Part shown: piece by piece, positions 55,815 through 64,000 of the stretch | Layout: every line of letters starts with the position of its first letter | Position numbering within the stretch: the first letter of the stretch is position 1 | Source: a virus | Length of the DNA: 64,000 nucleotides | Reading direction: 5' to 3' (one strand) | Virus record (IMG/VR): IMGVR_UViG_3300032516_000016 | Span: 3,632 to 67,631 of that record | Notes under the pieces: generated by a model | What the model was told of the DNA's origin: nothing | Seen by the model: only the letters and a program-made list of their open reading frames with translations | Databases searched by the model: none | Program-made: the position numbers and the translations under genes

Positions 55815-58004
55815 GTGTCTATGGCTTGGACACCTCCAAATTCTACGGTTTGGTTATTGTATGGTAGTACTCATTTTTATCCAGGCGTATTGTATCCTCC
55901 TATATCGTATTGGCAGGATGGTGTTCTAAGGATTTGGCCTGCAGAATGTGGATCGGATGGTTTTGGTGTTAAGTGTATTCAAAAAACCTGGCCCAATGGT
56001 TATGTTGAATGCATTGGTAAACGTCCCATTTTACCGTTTATTGTTGGCGGTTACACGTTATCGGCGTCATTTCCATATTATTTGATTTATGCGTATGCTA
56101 ATCAGTTGTATAATGTTCAAATTGAAATTGCTAAAACAGTGTTTCGTGATTATATTAATTTGAAAACGGTTGAAACGGTCAATTATATTAATTCATTGGT
56201 TGCTCCTGTTGATATTCAGTCGAATCTTGATAACTTTGATAGTAAACTTGCTGAGAGATTTGCTTTATATAAGTCATTAGTTGCAACGTCTGATTCGTCT
56301 GATAATTGGTCATATTCAGATGCTGCTAAGTCGGTGTATACGCCTATTCTCGATGATGCTAATGCTATGTGGTTATGGTGGGTTAATGGACCCACGCGGG
56401 ATCAGTATTGTTATGGAAGTCTTGGATGTACTTATGTTACTGATGATCCCACTGCTGCTGGTGATATTCGGTTTGAAGGCGTTGTAATACCAAGGCGTGT
56501 ATTTTCGGCTTATAACACTGAAATGAGTCAATTGTATAATGGGTTTTTTTCGTATATTAATACATTATTGTCTTCATCAATTACATCTGTTATAAATGCG
56601 ATGAATGCGGCGTCAGCCGCTATCGCGGCTGCCAAGAGCGCACGCTGCATCACCCGCGTCGCTGCTGCGATGCGGGTGATGGATGCGGATTTGGCTACGT
56701 TTAGCCCCTACGTTGACTCGGCCACGTCCGAGGCGACCAGCGCAATTAATGCGCTGGTCGCGCCTGGTGTTATCGAGTCGCATCTTGGTGATTATGATTC
56801 TCTTTCCGCAGGTATCCTTGCTACGTACCACTTTAAGGTGGCGCTTCCGGATGCTACGGGCAACTGGGGATACTCCGCAGAGGCCACTGCCAGGTACACC
56901 AGGATTGTGACCGAGTCACAATCTCGGGTACTTGGGTCGATTAACGCTGCCGGGTGTCAGACACAGGCTGAGATTGATGCCGCCAGCTCATCAGTTACCA
57001 AAAAGGTAACTGATGCTTTTGCCTCGTGGGGCACATTGCTCACGTCATCGGTCACTGCACTCTCCCAGGCACTCAACGCCGCTACTGCGGCGTTGATTGT
57101 GGCAGTCAACGCCGCTGCGGCGGCGTTGATTGTGGCAGGATCTGGTGCGTTGCGTGTTCGGGTGGACTCGGCCAAGCGGGTGTATAAGGCTGCGGTGGAC
57201 TTGTTCATTGATTCGACTATTGCTAATGACATGAATGCGAAGGTGACTGCACAGGTTGATCCGGTGCTCGCCCGAGTTCCTTTGCTCGTTGACTCGTACA
57301 CTGCGCAGGTGGTATCGATAAGTTTCATGGATTCACCGAATTTTCGAAACCAAATTCGCACCATCAGCTCTGATGGTGTGAAGGTTGTGGATGATGGTGT
57401 TGCGGCTGCGGAAACCGTGTTCAATGGTATCTCAAGCTACTGGCTCGAAGGTGAGCCTAGCCTGGCGGATAGCCGTTTGTCCTCTGCGTTCACTGAGTTC
57501 AGTAACACTATCGGCTCGTACCCGGATACTGTTGACAACCGTGCCTACGTCACCTCAGCCGTTGACGAAGTCAACGGCTACGCGGGGGGTAAGATAAGGC
57601 AGCTTGAGACGTTTATCGAATCTGCGAACCTTGCATTCAAGCAGAAGGTGTATGATGTTCGCGTTGCTGCTTACAAAAAGATAAATGATTATATAATGGG
57701 ACGGCCTATTGTACGGTTGACAGGCAAGTTTTCGATCCCGGTTATCAACTGGTCGGGCACGAGTCGTCTTGGTGTTGAGGTCAAGAATGTTGGAAAGGTT
57801 GCGTGGCATGGATGGTTTGGGTGGAAGTTCATTGATTCGAGTAACAAGGTGTACGTGTACGACCCTACGCCGACCATCGCGCCGATGGTCGGAGCGGGGG
57901 AGACTGTGATGATAACCGTTGATGTGCCTTTTGGCACGTTGTTCCCCTATGGCCCGCCTGGTGATCTGCGTGCGCGGTTGATACCTACGGCTGGTGGTGG
58001 CTGA
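55815..58004 (+). CDS. large Ala-rich putative virion protein with internal duplication and C-terminal Ig-like domain
   Basis: IN.LVAP..I.S.L...D..NW.YS unit twice; RPIVR...V.N.GKV.W.G. Confidence 0.65.
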   Translation: MSMAWTPPNSTVWLLYGSTHFYPGVLYPPISYWQDGVLRIWPAECGSDGFGVKCIQKTWPNGYVECIGKRPILPFIVGGYTLSASFPYYLIYAYANQLYNVQIEIAKTVFRDYINLKTVETVNYINSLVAPVDIQSNLDNFDSKLAERFALYKSLVATSDSSDNWSYSDAAKSVYTPILDDANAMWLWWVNGPTRDQYCYGSLGCTYVTDDPTAAGDIRFEGVVIPRRVFSAYNTEMSQLYNGFFSYINTLLSSSITSVINAMNAASAAIAAAKSARCITRVAAAMRVMDADLATFSPYVDSATSEATSAINALVAPGVIESHLGDYDSLSAGILATYHFKVALPDATGNWGYSAEATARYTRIVTESQSRVLGSINAAGCQTQAEIDAASSSVTKKVTDAFASWGTLLTSSVTALSQALNAATAALIVAVNAAAAALIVAGSGALRVRVDSAKRVYKAAVDLFIDSTIANDMNAKVTAQVDPVLARVPLLVDSYTAQVVSISFMDSPNFRNQIRTISSDGVKVVDDGVAAAETVFNGISSYWLEGEPSLADSRLSSAFTEFSNTIGSYPDTVDNRAYVTSAVDEVNGYAGGKIRQLETFIESANLAFKQKVYDVRVAAYKKINDYIMGRPIVRLTGKFSIPVINWSGTSRLGVEVKNVGKVAWHGWFGWKFIDSSNKVYVYDPTPTIAPMVGAGETVMITVDVPFGTLFPYGPPGDLRARLIPTAGGG

Positions 58005-59239
58005 TGCCAGTTGCTAAGGTTACCGAGTCTGGTCCGTTTCTCGCCGGATTGCTTACCGCGTTCCAGAATGCCGTTAACGCGGCAAAGGCTAAGTACATCA
58101 GTGATTTTGCTTCTGCTCGGACTTTTTATGAAGAGAAGTTTGCGCTTGGGTTGCCAGCGGCTAATGCATACTTCACTGAGCATCCTGTGGGCGCTGTCGC
58201 GTACAGCCAGGATTTCCTAACGTTGCTTTCTGAGACCAAGGAAGCGGCGACGATGACGCTTGAGAACATCGTGTCCGAGGGCACGGTTGGGTACAACACG
58301 ATGGTTGCGAATGCGAACCTCGACTACTCGAATGCTCTTAACCAGGCTTATGAAGATTTTAACTTCGCTCTCAACAGCTCTTACATAGCTGATCCTACGT
58401 TCAACTTGCAGTATTTCCGCTACGCAGGTGCGACCGCCGTCGCGACTGCCAGGACGTTGGTGTCGATCAAGAATGCGTCTGGCAAGTACTTGGGCATCTC
58501 TCCGGTTGTGTGCTCAATGGATTCCACCGGAAAGAACGTATGCAGCTTCAGTCTCCCTGCGGTTGCATTATTCGACGAGTTGTCGTACAAGACTATGTTC
58601 ACAGTCGTTGACCTCGGCAGTGGCAAGTTCGCTTACAAGCATGTAAGTGGTCGGTATTTGGGTGTTGATGCTGGCGCTCTGGTGCTCAAGAGCACTGGGA
58701 TAGGTACAGGGGCAATCTTCACGGTAGTGGCTAATGGAGGTGACAGTTTCACGCTTGGCACATCAGGTACGTTTACGATTTCAGGTGTTAGCTACAAGAG
58801 CTTGATGACGATCTTCATGGACACGGTGGCCGCAGATGTCGATAAGGTGTCACAGGATTCGATGGACGAGTTCACCGCGGCAGACAATGCGATAAAAATC
58901 GCATTGTCCGGGGTGCTGCGGTCATTCGTGTACAACCGGCCTATCGTCCGGTTCACTGGCGTGGGGCACAAACCAGTTAACGGCATCGTTTTCGATGACG
59001 TTAACTCGTTTGGGTTCGAGATCGAGAACATTGGCAAGGTGCTGTGGCAGGGGAAGGTGTCTCTGAAGGTTAAGGATCAGTATCAAAAGTCTATCACTAG
59101 CTCTTCTGTGCAGGTGTCGTCGTTATTGCCTGGCGAGAAACGCATGATTAGCATGTCAGTCAGTATCCCCAAGGTTGATCCGGTTACTGGGTACAACTTT
59201 GGTTCTAAGATATCAACGCTTATCAAGTTTGAATCGTGA
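58004..59239 (+). CDS. putative virion protein with fascin/beta-trefoil-like insert and C-terminal Ig-like domain
   Basis: VSIKNASGKYL, FAYKHVSGRYL; RPIVR...IENIGKVLWQG. Confidence 0.6.
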   Translation: MPVAKVTESGPFLAGLLTAFQNAVNAAKAKYISDFASARTFYEEKFALGLPAANAYFTEHPVGAVAYSQDFLTLLSETKEAATMTLENIVSEGTVGYNTMVANANLDYSNALNQAYEDFNFALNSSYIADPTFNLQYFRYAGATAVATARTLVSIKNASGKYLGISPVVCSMDSTGKNVCSFSLPAVALFDELSYKTMFTVVDLGSGKFAYKHVSGRYLGVDAGALVLKSTGIGTGAIFTVVANGGDSFTLGTSGTFTISGVSYKSLMTIFMDTVAADVDKVSQDSMDEFTAADNAIKIALSGVLRSFVYNRPIVRFTGVGHKPVNGIVFDDVNSFGFEIENIGKVLWQGKVSLKVKDQYQKSITSSSVQVSSLLPGEKRMISMSVSIPKVDPVTGYNFGSKISTLIKFES

Positions 59240-59781
59240 GGAATGTTATGGTTGAAGAAGAGATTGAGTTGCCATCGTTTGGCTCAAAGGTTCCATCACC
59301 GTTGTCTGGTGATTCAGGCGAGGTGCTGGCTAATTTGGCATCAAATGTATTTGATTCTGGCGTCGTTCCATCGGCTGAAGTGTCTGGTGGCGGGTTTGGT
59401 GCAGTTCCCACGCCCGGTGAAATTTCATCTGGCGACATAGGCATTGGTGAGACCACGGTACTTCCGTCGCTTGCGGGTGGCACGTTCTCCAAGGGTCTCT
59501 CTGCGTCTGCATCAGCGCAGACGCCTTCGGCGTCTGCGCTTAAGGGTGAACCCACCATGAGTCAGGTCGATAAGGTTTATGATGCCACGAATACGTGTAG
59601 GAGCAATGCCGAGATCGTTAAGCTCACAGGTCTGGACCTCGCCACGGTAGCGACATGCGTAGCATGGCTCGTGAAGAAGGGTTGGATCGTGATGGATGAC
59701 AATAAGCGCTCATGCTCCATCGAGGCTATGGGCAAGTTGAAGACGAAGCTTGCTAAGATTTGCGATTTGTGTGCTAGGTGA
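59236..59781 (+). CDS. low-complexity N-terminus + winged-helix C-terminus
   Basis: AEIVKLTGLDLATV...L.KKGWI. Confidence 0.6.
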   Translation: MRNVMVEEEIELPSFGSKVPSPLSGDSGEVLANLASNVFDSGVVPSAEVSGGGFGAVPTPGEISSGDIGIGETTVLPSLAGGTFSKGLSASASAQTPSASALKGEPTMSQVDKVYDATNTCRSNAEIVKLTGLDLATVATCVAWLVKKGWIVMDDNKRSCSIEAMGKLKTKLAKICDLCAR

Positions 59782-59890
59782 TTTATGATGTCCGAAACTG
59801 AGTTATCCAGGAAACAGAAAGAACTTGATGAGGAACTGAGACGAGCTGCTGAGAATGCCATAAGAGAAGAACAACAGCGGAGGAAATGAT

Positions 59891-61240
59891 ATGGTATCTC
59901 AATTTTTTAAACCAACGACATATGCACCGATAACTTTTAAACAGTCGACTAATGTAACACCAGGAAAACTCGGTTTCACAGTTCCAGGCATAACACCCAA
60001 AACGACCTACAATTATACCCCGTCAACAAAACCAATCAATATCACCAAGATGCCAACACTACAAATTTCTAAATACACCATTCCGACAGCAGTGAAATTG
60101 AAAACTGATCCAAATAAACTGATAGCAGATGTCAACAATATGCTAAACACGATAAGCAAAAATGTTATCACTACGCATATACAAGCTCAGGACAATATAC
60201 TGAAAGCAACGTTGAAATCTACCTCGTCCGAGGCCATAAAGATAAACGATACGTTGAAAACTGTGTTGGGTACATTGACACCAGGTGCGACGAACAATCA
60301 AATTAAGACTAATGTGAATGCGATACTGAATCTGCAAACTAACCTTGATAAGCTAACGGTAGCATCCTCCGCATTCTCCATAGCTCCGCAGATAAAGGCC
60401 ATTTCTGATAGTGGTCGCGCAGCGATTGCACATGTCACTAACAACATGAATACGTTACTCACAAGATTCGACTCTGATATCTCTGCATTAAAATCTACGG
60501 AGATAAACACACCACAACAGAAAGCACATCTAAACAACTTGATGGCACAGCTCGACAGTAATAAGAAAATTTTAATGGATGAAGGTAAAAGCACGATTAC
60601 TAAGTTGTCAGAACTTACCAAGAACAATATCACGGAATTGCAGAACATGAACAAAGTAAGACTCAAAGTTATGTCTGCTGGTTCAGAGGTTCGTGCTGAT
60701 ATTGTTGGTGAGATGATAACTCCGCGATCGGCACCATTATTATTACCTATAAAAATTGTAAAAGCTAGTGAGATGGCATATGATATACTCACAATGCCAA
60801 AAGATTTTAGAACATATGTAGAGCAACGGTTTGGCATAACACCTACCGAAGCTCGATCTGGGTTTCTTGCTACAACAAAGCGTTCTCTAGATGGTAAGGA
60901 GACGATGTTTCAATATGCTATAAAGTGGTCATTTGCCGATAGAGCCAATGCTGTGTATCCGATATTAGCAGTAGCACCACGCGATACAATGATTTTGCCA
61001 TCGCCTTGGAAACCACCAGTAGATTATCCTCCTAAACGTTCTGTTCAACCTCCGGTTTATGTGCCTCCTAAGCCAGTTAAAGTGCAAATGGATATTGGTG
61101 AAAGTAATGGCGGTGGTAGTTCTGGCGGGAGAATTATTACAGTTAAACTAGATTCTGCTAATGCTTATATGAAAGCACATCCAGAAGCTCGTGCGAAAGA
61201 TGTACCACAACAATTTCAAAGACCATCTTCAGCAGACTGA
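59891..61240 (+). CDS. Thr/Lys/Asn-rich helical protein ending in SSAD
   Basis: 449-aa ORF with GGAGG RBS; followed by a 14-bp hairpin. Confidence 0.7.
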   Translation: MVSQFFKPTTYAPITFKQSTNVTPGKLGFTVPGITPKTTYNYTPSTKPINITKMPTLQISKYTIPTAVKLKTDPNKLIADVNNMLNTISKNVITTHIQAQDNILKATLKSTSSEAIKINDTLKTVLGTLTPGATNNQIKTNVNAILNLQTNLDKLTVASSAFSIAPQIKAISDSGRAAIAHVTNNMNTLLTRFDSDISALKSTEINTPQQKAHLNNLMAQLDSNKKILMDEGKSTITKLSELTKNNITELQNMNKVRLKVMSAGSEVRADIVGEMITPRSAPLLLPIKIVKASEMAYDILTMPKDFRTYVEQRFGITPTEARSGFLATTKRSLDGKETMFQYAIKWSFADRANAVYPILAVAPRDTMILPSPWKPPVDYPPKRSVQPPVYVPPKPVKVQMDIGESNGGGSSGGRIITVKLDSANAYMKAHPEARAKDVPQQFQRPSSAD

Positions 61241-61265
61241 GTCCTCGCTTCGCGAGGACTCAGTC
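61235..61265. terminator. 14-bp hairpin between convergent genes
   Basis: gactgagtcctcgc-ttc-gcgaggactcagtc. Confidence 0.65.
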
Positions 61266-61278
61266 CGCCGAGCTTTTC

Positions 61279-61794
61279 TTATTGGAAGTTTGTTGAACAG
61301 TATTCACCGTGTATTTTTCTTGCTGCATTGTCATATGCTATAGCAGCATCTATTTCGTTTATGAAATTGCCTATTGATATCTTTTTTCGTTGTATATATA
61401 TTAATGCTCTCCATTTATTTGATGTTTTGCATAATGACACTCCTCTGTATTTACTTGTTTTTTGTATGCTTGGTTTTCGCGTGTTTCTGTGATTTTCGCT
61501 TGTGGTTGCTATTCTTATATTGCATCTTCTGTTATCCAACCCATCGTGATTGATGTGATCAGTTTCTTCGTATTGTGTCAGTTTCCGTTTTATTATTCTT
61601 TCTAGTATTAATCTGTGTATAAACACATTTATTCGTTTGTTATTTTCATTACGTTCATGTCTTGTCGCATACCATAATCTGTTAGATTCCGATCCCTTTT
61701 TCACTGTACACCATTTAACTATTGCTAAATCCGAATCAATTTCGTCCACAACTGTATGTTTTCCTTGGCTTAGTTGTATTATCATGTTTTTCAA
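61279..61794 (-). CDS. HNH-AP2 homing endonuclease
   Basis: TDHINHDGLDNRRCNIR; SKYRGV...AAIAYD. Confidence 0.9.
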   Translation of the reverse strand: MKNMIIQLSQGKHTVVDEIDSDLAIVKWCTVKKGSESNRLWYATRHERNENNKRINVFIHRLILERIIKRKLTQYEETDHINHDGLDNRRCNIRIATTSENHRNTRKPSIQKTSKYRGVSLCKTSNKWRALIYIQRKKISIGNFINEIDAAIAYDNAARKIHGEYCSTNFQ

Positions 61795-61973
61795 TCCGCG
61801 CTACTTTTTTTCAGGCTTTGTTTCTTTGGATGTAATTGCATCCATTCTTGTATGTATGGTTTTAGTACTCCATTTATTCCCCCTTTTATTCGGTATTCAG
61901 TTACTCTTTCTTTGAATGCCCACGCGTCTTCTTCAGGTATAGTTGCATATACATGTTTAATGTTTTTCATCAT
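61791..61973 (-). CDS. ribbon-helix-helix-like small regulator ending in SSAD
   Basis: KHVYATIPEE...FK..V; divergent from the putative capsid promoter. Confidence 0.55.
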   Translation of the reverse strand: MMKNIKHVYATIPEEDAWAFKERVTEYRIKGGINGVLKPYIQEWMQLHPKKQSLKKSSAD

Positions 61974-62086
61974 AGTGTTATTGTATTCTTATTGTTATAA
62001 ATACTTATCGTATGATACTGTATCTTATTTAAATACTAACCGTGTTAGAATGTAAACATAAAACTGTATCGTGAGGTTGAAAAGAT

Positions 62087-63280
62087 ATGGGTGCATTTAG
62101 AAGGGGCTTTGTTGACTTCTACTTTAATTTTACCCTGTCGCCTTCGACTGCGGGATCTCAGGTGCGAACTGGCGGAACTGCTAACTATGGTTGGCAAGCC
62201 GAGAACCAGACAAGTACCACGGATTACGTGCTCGCTAACGACGAGGTGCTAGATATTGAAGGAGTCGAGGTAATCGGGCCGAATACGCTAGGTCTTAGAG
62301 ATAAGATCAAGTCTGTGCGACTGATTATCGATGGTAAAGAGAATGAGAATATCACGTTTAACGAGTTGAACGCGCCAGCTATGATCCTGGGTGAATCCAA
62401 TTGCGCACCACAAATGCGTGATGGATCTACGTGTATTAACCTGGGTAGGTCGATTCTCGCGCCAGGTGGCCTGGCCGCAGGGTCTATGCCATGGTCCTGC
62501 TGCCCGAAGGTGGGCAATGGAGAGAAGTTGGCAATAGAGGTCAATTTCCCGCCAGCAGCCGAAGGCGGTGTGGCGAACATTACGCAGAATATGCGTGTGC
62601 GTGTCCACTACTGCAAGGTCAAGGGGGAGCCGAAGCTGTTGGAAGTGCTTCAGCGCAACGGATTCTTGAACAACAACAACCAGGTTGTTCAGCAGTTCGA
62701 TATCGGTGATGTCGAGACTTCCGACGTAATGCCAATGCAGTCCTTCACCAAGCTCACGCCTGAGAGCGGCGCATTCAAGCTTGAGGATTGGAACACGCTT
62801 CTGGGTGGCAATGACGTGGATAAGCCGTATGTTGAGAACTTTATCCAGTACAGCCAAAACGCTTTCACCACGACTCCTAACCAGTGGTTCGAGTTGACCC
62901 AGGAAGGAAACAGAGTCGTGAACAATGAACAGCATTTCAAGTGGAATCCTGGAAAGTTTGAGGCTTACAAGATCGAGTATGCTGGTATCTTGTCCCATCC
63001 GAATCTGCATGATGTCAGGTTCTGGCAAGCCGGTCGCCCGTTCGAAACGGTGTACCGCGTGGACCCGGACATTAACACGATACTCATGCCCAGGGATCGC
63101 GGCTTGGTGGCCGATCACAGGTATGGTCCGTTCCAGATGCCCAGGCCAATCTGGGGATGGAATGAAACGATTGCTATCCAGGCAAGGGATGATGGTACTG
63201 CAATTCCGGCGTGGTCTGCAACTAACCTCGGCTTCTTGATTGGTATCTGGGGGAAGCACTTCAAGATCAAAGGTGCGTGA
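62087..63280 (+). CDS. probable major capsid protein (possibly double jelly-roll)
   Basis: 397-aa beta-rich ORF after a TTTAAATA box and GAGGT RBS, heading a structural operon; fold is inference only. Confidence 0.45.
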   Translation: MGAFRRGFVDFYFNFTLSPSTAGSQVRTGGTANYGWQAENQTSTTDYVLANDEVLDIEGVEVIGPNTLGLRDKIKSVRLIIDGKENENITFNELNAPAMILGESNCAPQMRDGSTCINLGRSILAPGGLAAGSMPWSCCPKVGNGEKLAIEVNFPPAAEGGVANITQNMRVRVHYCKVKGEPKLLEVLQRNGFLNNNNQVVQQFDIGDVETSDVMPMQSFTKLTPESGAFKLEDWNTLLGGNDVDKPYVENFIQYSQNAFTTTPNQWFELTQEGNRVVNNEQHFKWNPGKFEAYKIEYAGILSHPNLHDVRFWQAGRPFETVYRVDPDINTILMPRDRGLVADHRYGPFQMPRPIWGWNETIAIQARDDGTAIPAWSATNLGFLIGIWGKHFKIKGA

Positions 63281-63282
63281 CC

Positions 63283-63702
63283 ATGACGCTCGCTATCTGG
63301 GATATTACGACTATTACCAGTAATGCTTTGAATCTTCACTTCGGCATTTCTGCCAGATGGGAAGAGATCCCGGATATGTTCCCGCCAATCGGATTCATGT
63401 TTACTTCGACTACGCCTGCTGCTAGGGCACAGCTAAGTACATATGGTCTGTTTGTCGAGTACGTGGGAACAACTAGTGCTGCCATGGCTGGTAGTAAGGC
63501 AATGGGCATGCCACATTTCCGACCAATGCGTGTCCGAGCTTATCAGAAAGGCACTCGCTGGTTCATCATCGGTAGTCAGGCTGCTGCGGGATCGGGTCTC
63601 ATCGATGCGAACCTTACGTGTACACCGACCATAGCATATCCGATCAAGAGGTTGATCTTGTACTACAGGGCATTAGACGAGTCCGGGGAGGTGCCAGCAT
63701 GA
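63283..63702 (+). CDS. putative minor virion protein
   Basis: coupled to the capsid-like gene; duplicated downstream. Confidence 0.6.
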   Translation: MTLAIWDITTITSNALNLHFGISARWEEIPDMFPPIGFMFTSTTPAARAQLSTYGLFVEYVGTTSAAMAGSKAMGMPHFRPMRVRAYQKGTRWFIIGSQAAAGSGLIDANLTCTPTIAYPIKRLILYYRALDESGEVPA

Positions 63703-64000
63703 CACTAGCTATTTGGGATATTACGACCATTACCAGCGTTGCTGCGAATACGCATTTCGGCGTCATTGGTCGATGGGAAGAGATTCCTGACATGTATCCA
63801 CCAATCGGGTTCATGTTCACCTCGACCACGCCCGCAGCCAGAGCGCAGAGAAGCTCGTATGGTCTCTTTCTGGAGTTTGAATGTTCCACCAGCAACACTG
63901 TTGCCGCTGCGGCACCTGGTAGTGGCATGGTTAAACATGTCCCGATTAGAGTGCTGTCGTACCAGAAGGGCACTCGGTGGTTCAGGATACAGGCTCCATT
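63699..64000 (+). CDS. tandem paralog of 63283..63702 (truncated by window end)
   Basis: MTLAIWDITTITS...RWEEIPDM.PPIGFMFTSTTPAARAQ shared; ATGA overlap. Confidence 0.75.
   Translation, partial: MTLAIWDITTITSVAANTHFGVIGRWEEIPDMYPPIGFMFTSTTPAARAQRSSYGLFLEFECSTSNTVAAAAPGSGMVKHVPIRVLSYQKGTRWFRIQAP

Noticed and set aside
37942-63280. Several proteins ending in GA-stop (CEGA, NLGA, IKGA) as a second C-terminal tag
   Set aside because: Only two residues are shared, and GGTG/GGAG there doubles as the Shine-Dalgarno site for the next gene

Overview
This 64 kb window reads as part of an archaeal virus (or provirus-like element). Genes are dense and often overlap (ATGA), with GGTGA/GGAGG ribosome-binding sites and TATA-box promoters; PEGA domains and a ferredoxin-thioredoxin-reductase-like domain fit a methanogen-like host (inference). 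Modules: a sugar-modification operon (SDR epimerase/dehydratase, DegT aminotransferase, SAM methyltransferase, two glycosyltransferases; 0.1-8.9 kb, minus); a cassette of paralogous putative virion surface proteins sharing an N-terminal DLPD motif, including two 7-bladed beta-propellers (9-17 kb, plus); recombination/early genes (17-28.6 kb, minus); a hairpin-dense non-coding region (28.6-30.6 kb); a Prim-Pol/helicase fusion and a PD-(D/E)xK nuclease; large putative structural proteins (35-47 kb, 53-61 kb); and a probable major capsid gene at 62 kb. No terminase, tail, integrase, DNA polymerase, reverse transcriptase, tRNA or CRISPR array was recognised. Most unusual signals: (1) a candidate programmed -1 frameshift (G_GAU_UUU, 6-nt spacer, stem-loop) that restores the family N-terminus of one virion gene; (2) an IS200/IS605 element carrying a two-frame (M.EcoHK31I-type) cytosine methyltransferase instead of TnpB; (3) three unrelated proteins ending in SSAD-stop; (4) dispersed hairpins whose UNCG loops follow the transcribed strand; (5) near-identical 126-bp propeller repeats that vary mainly at five residues. 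All calls come from reading motifs by eye; no searches were run.
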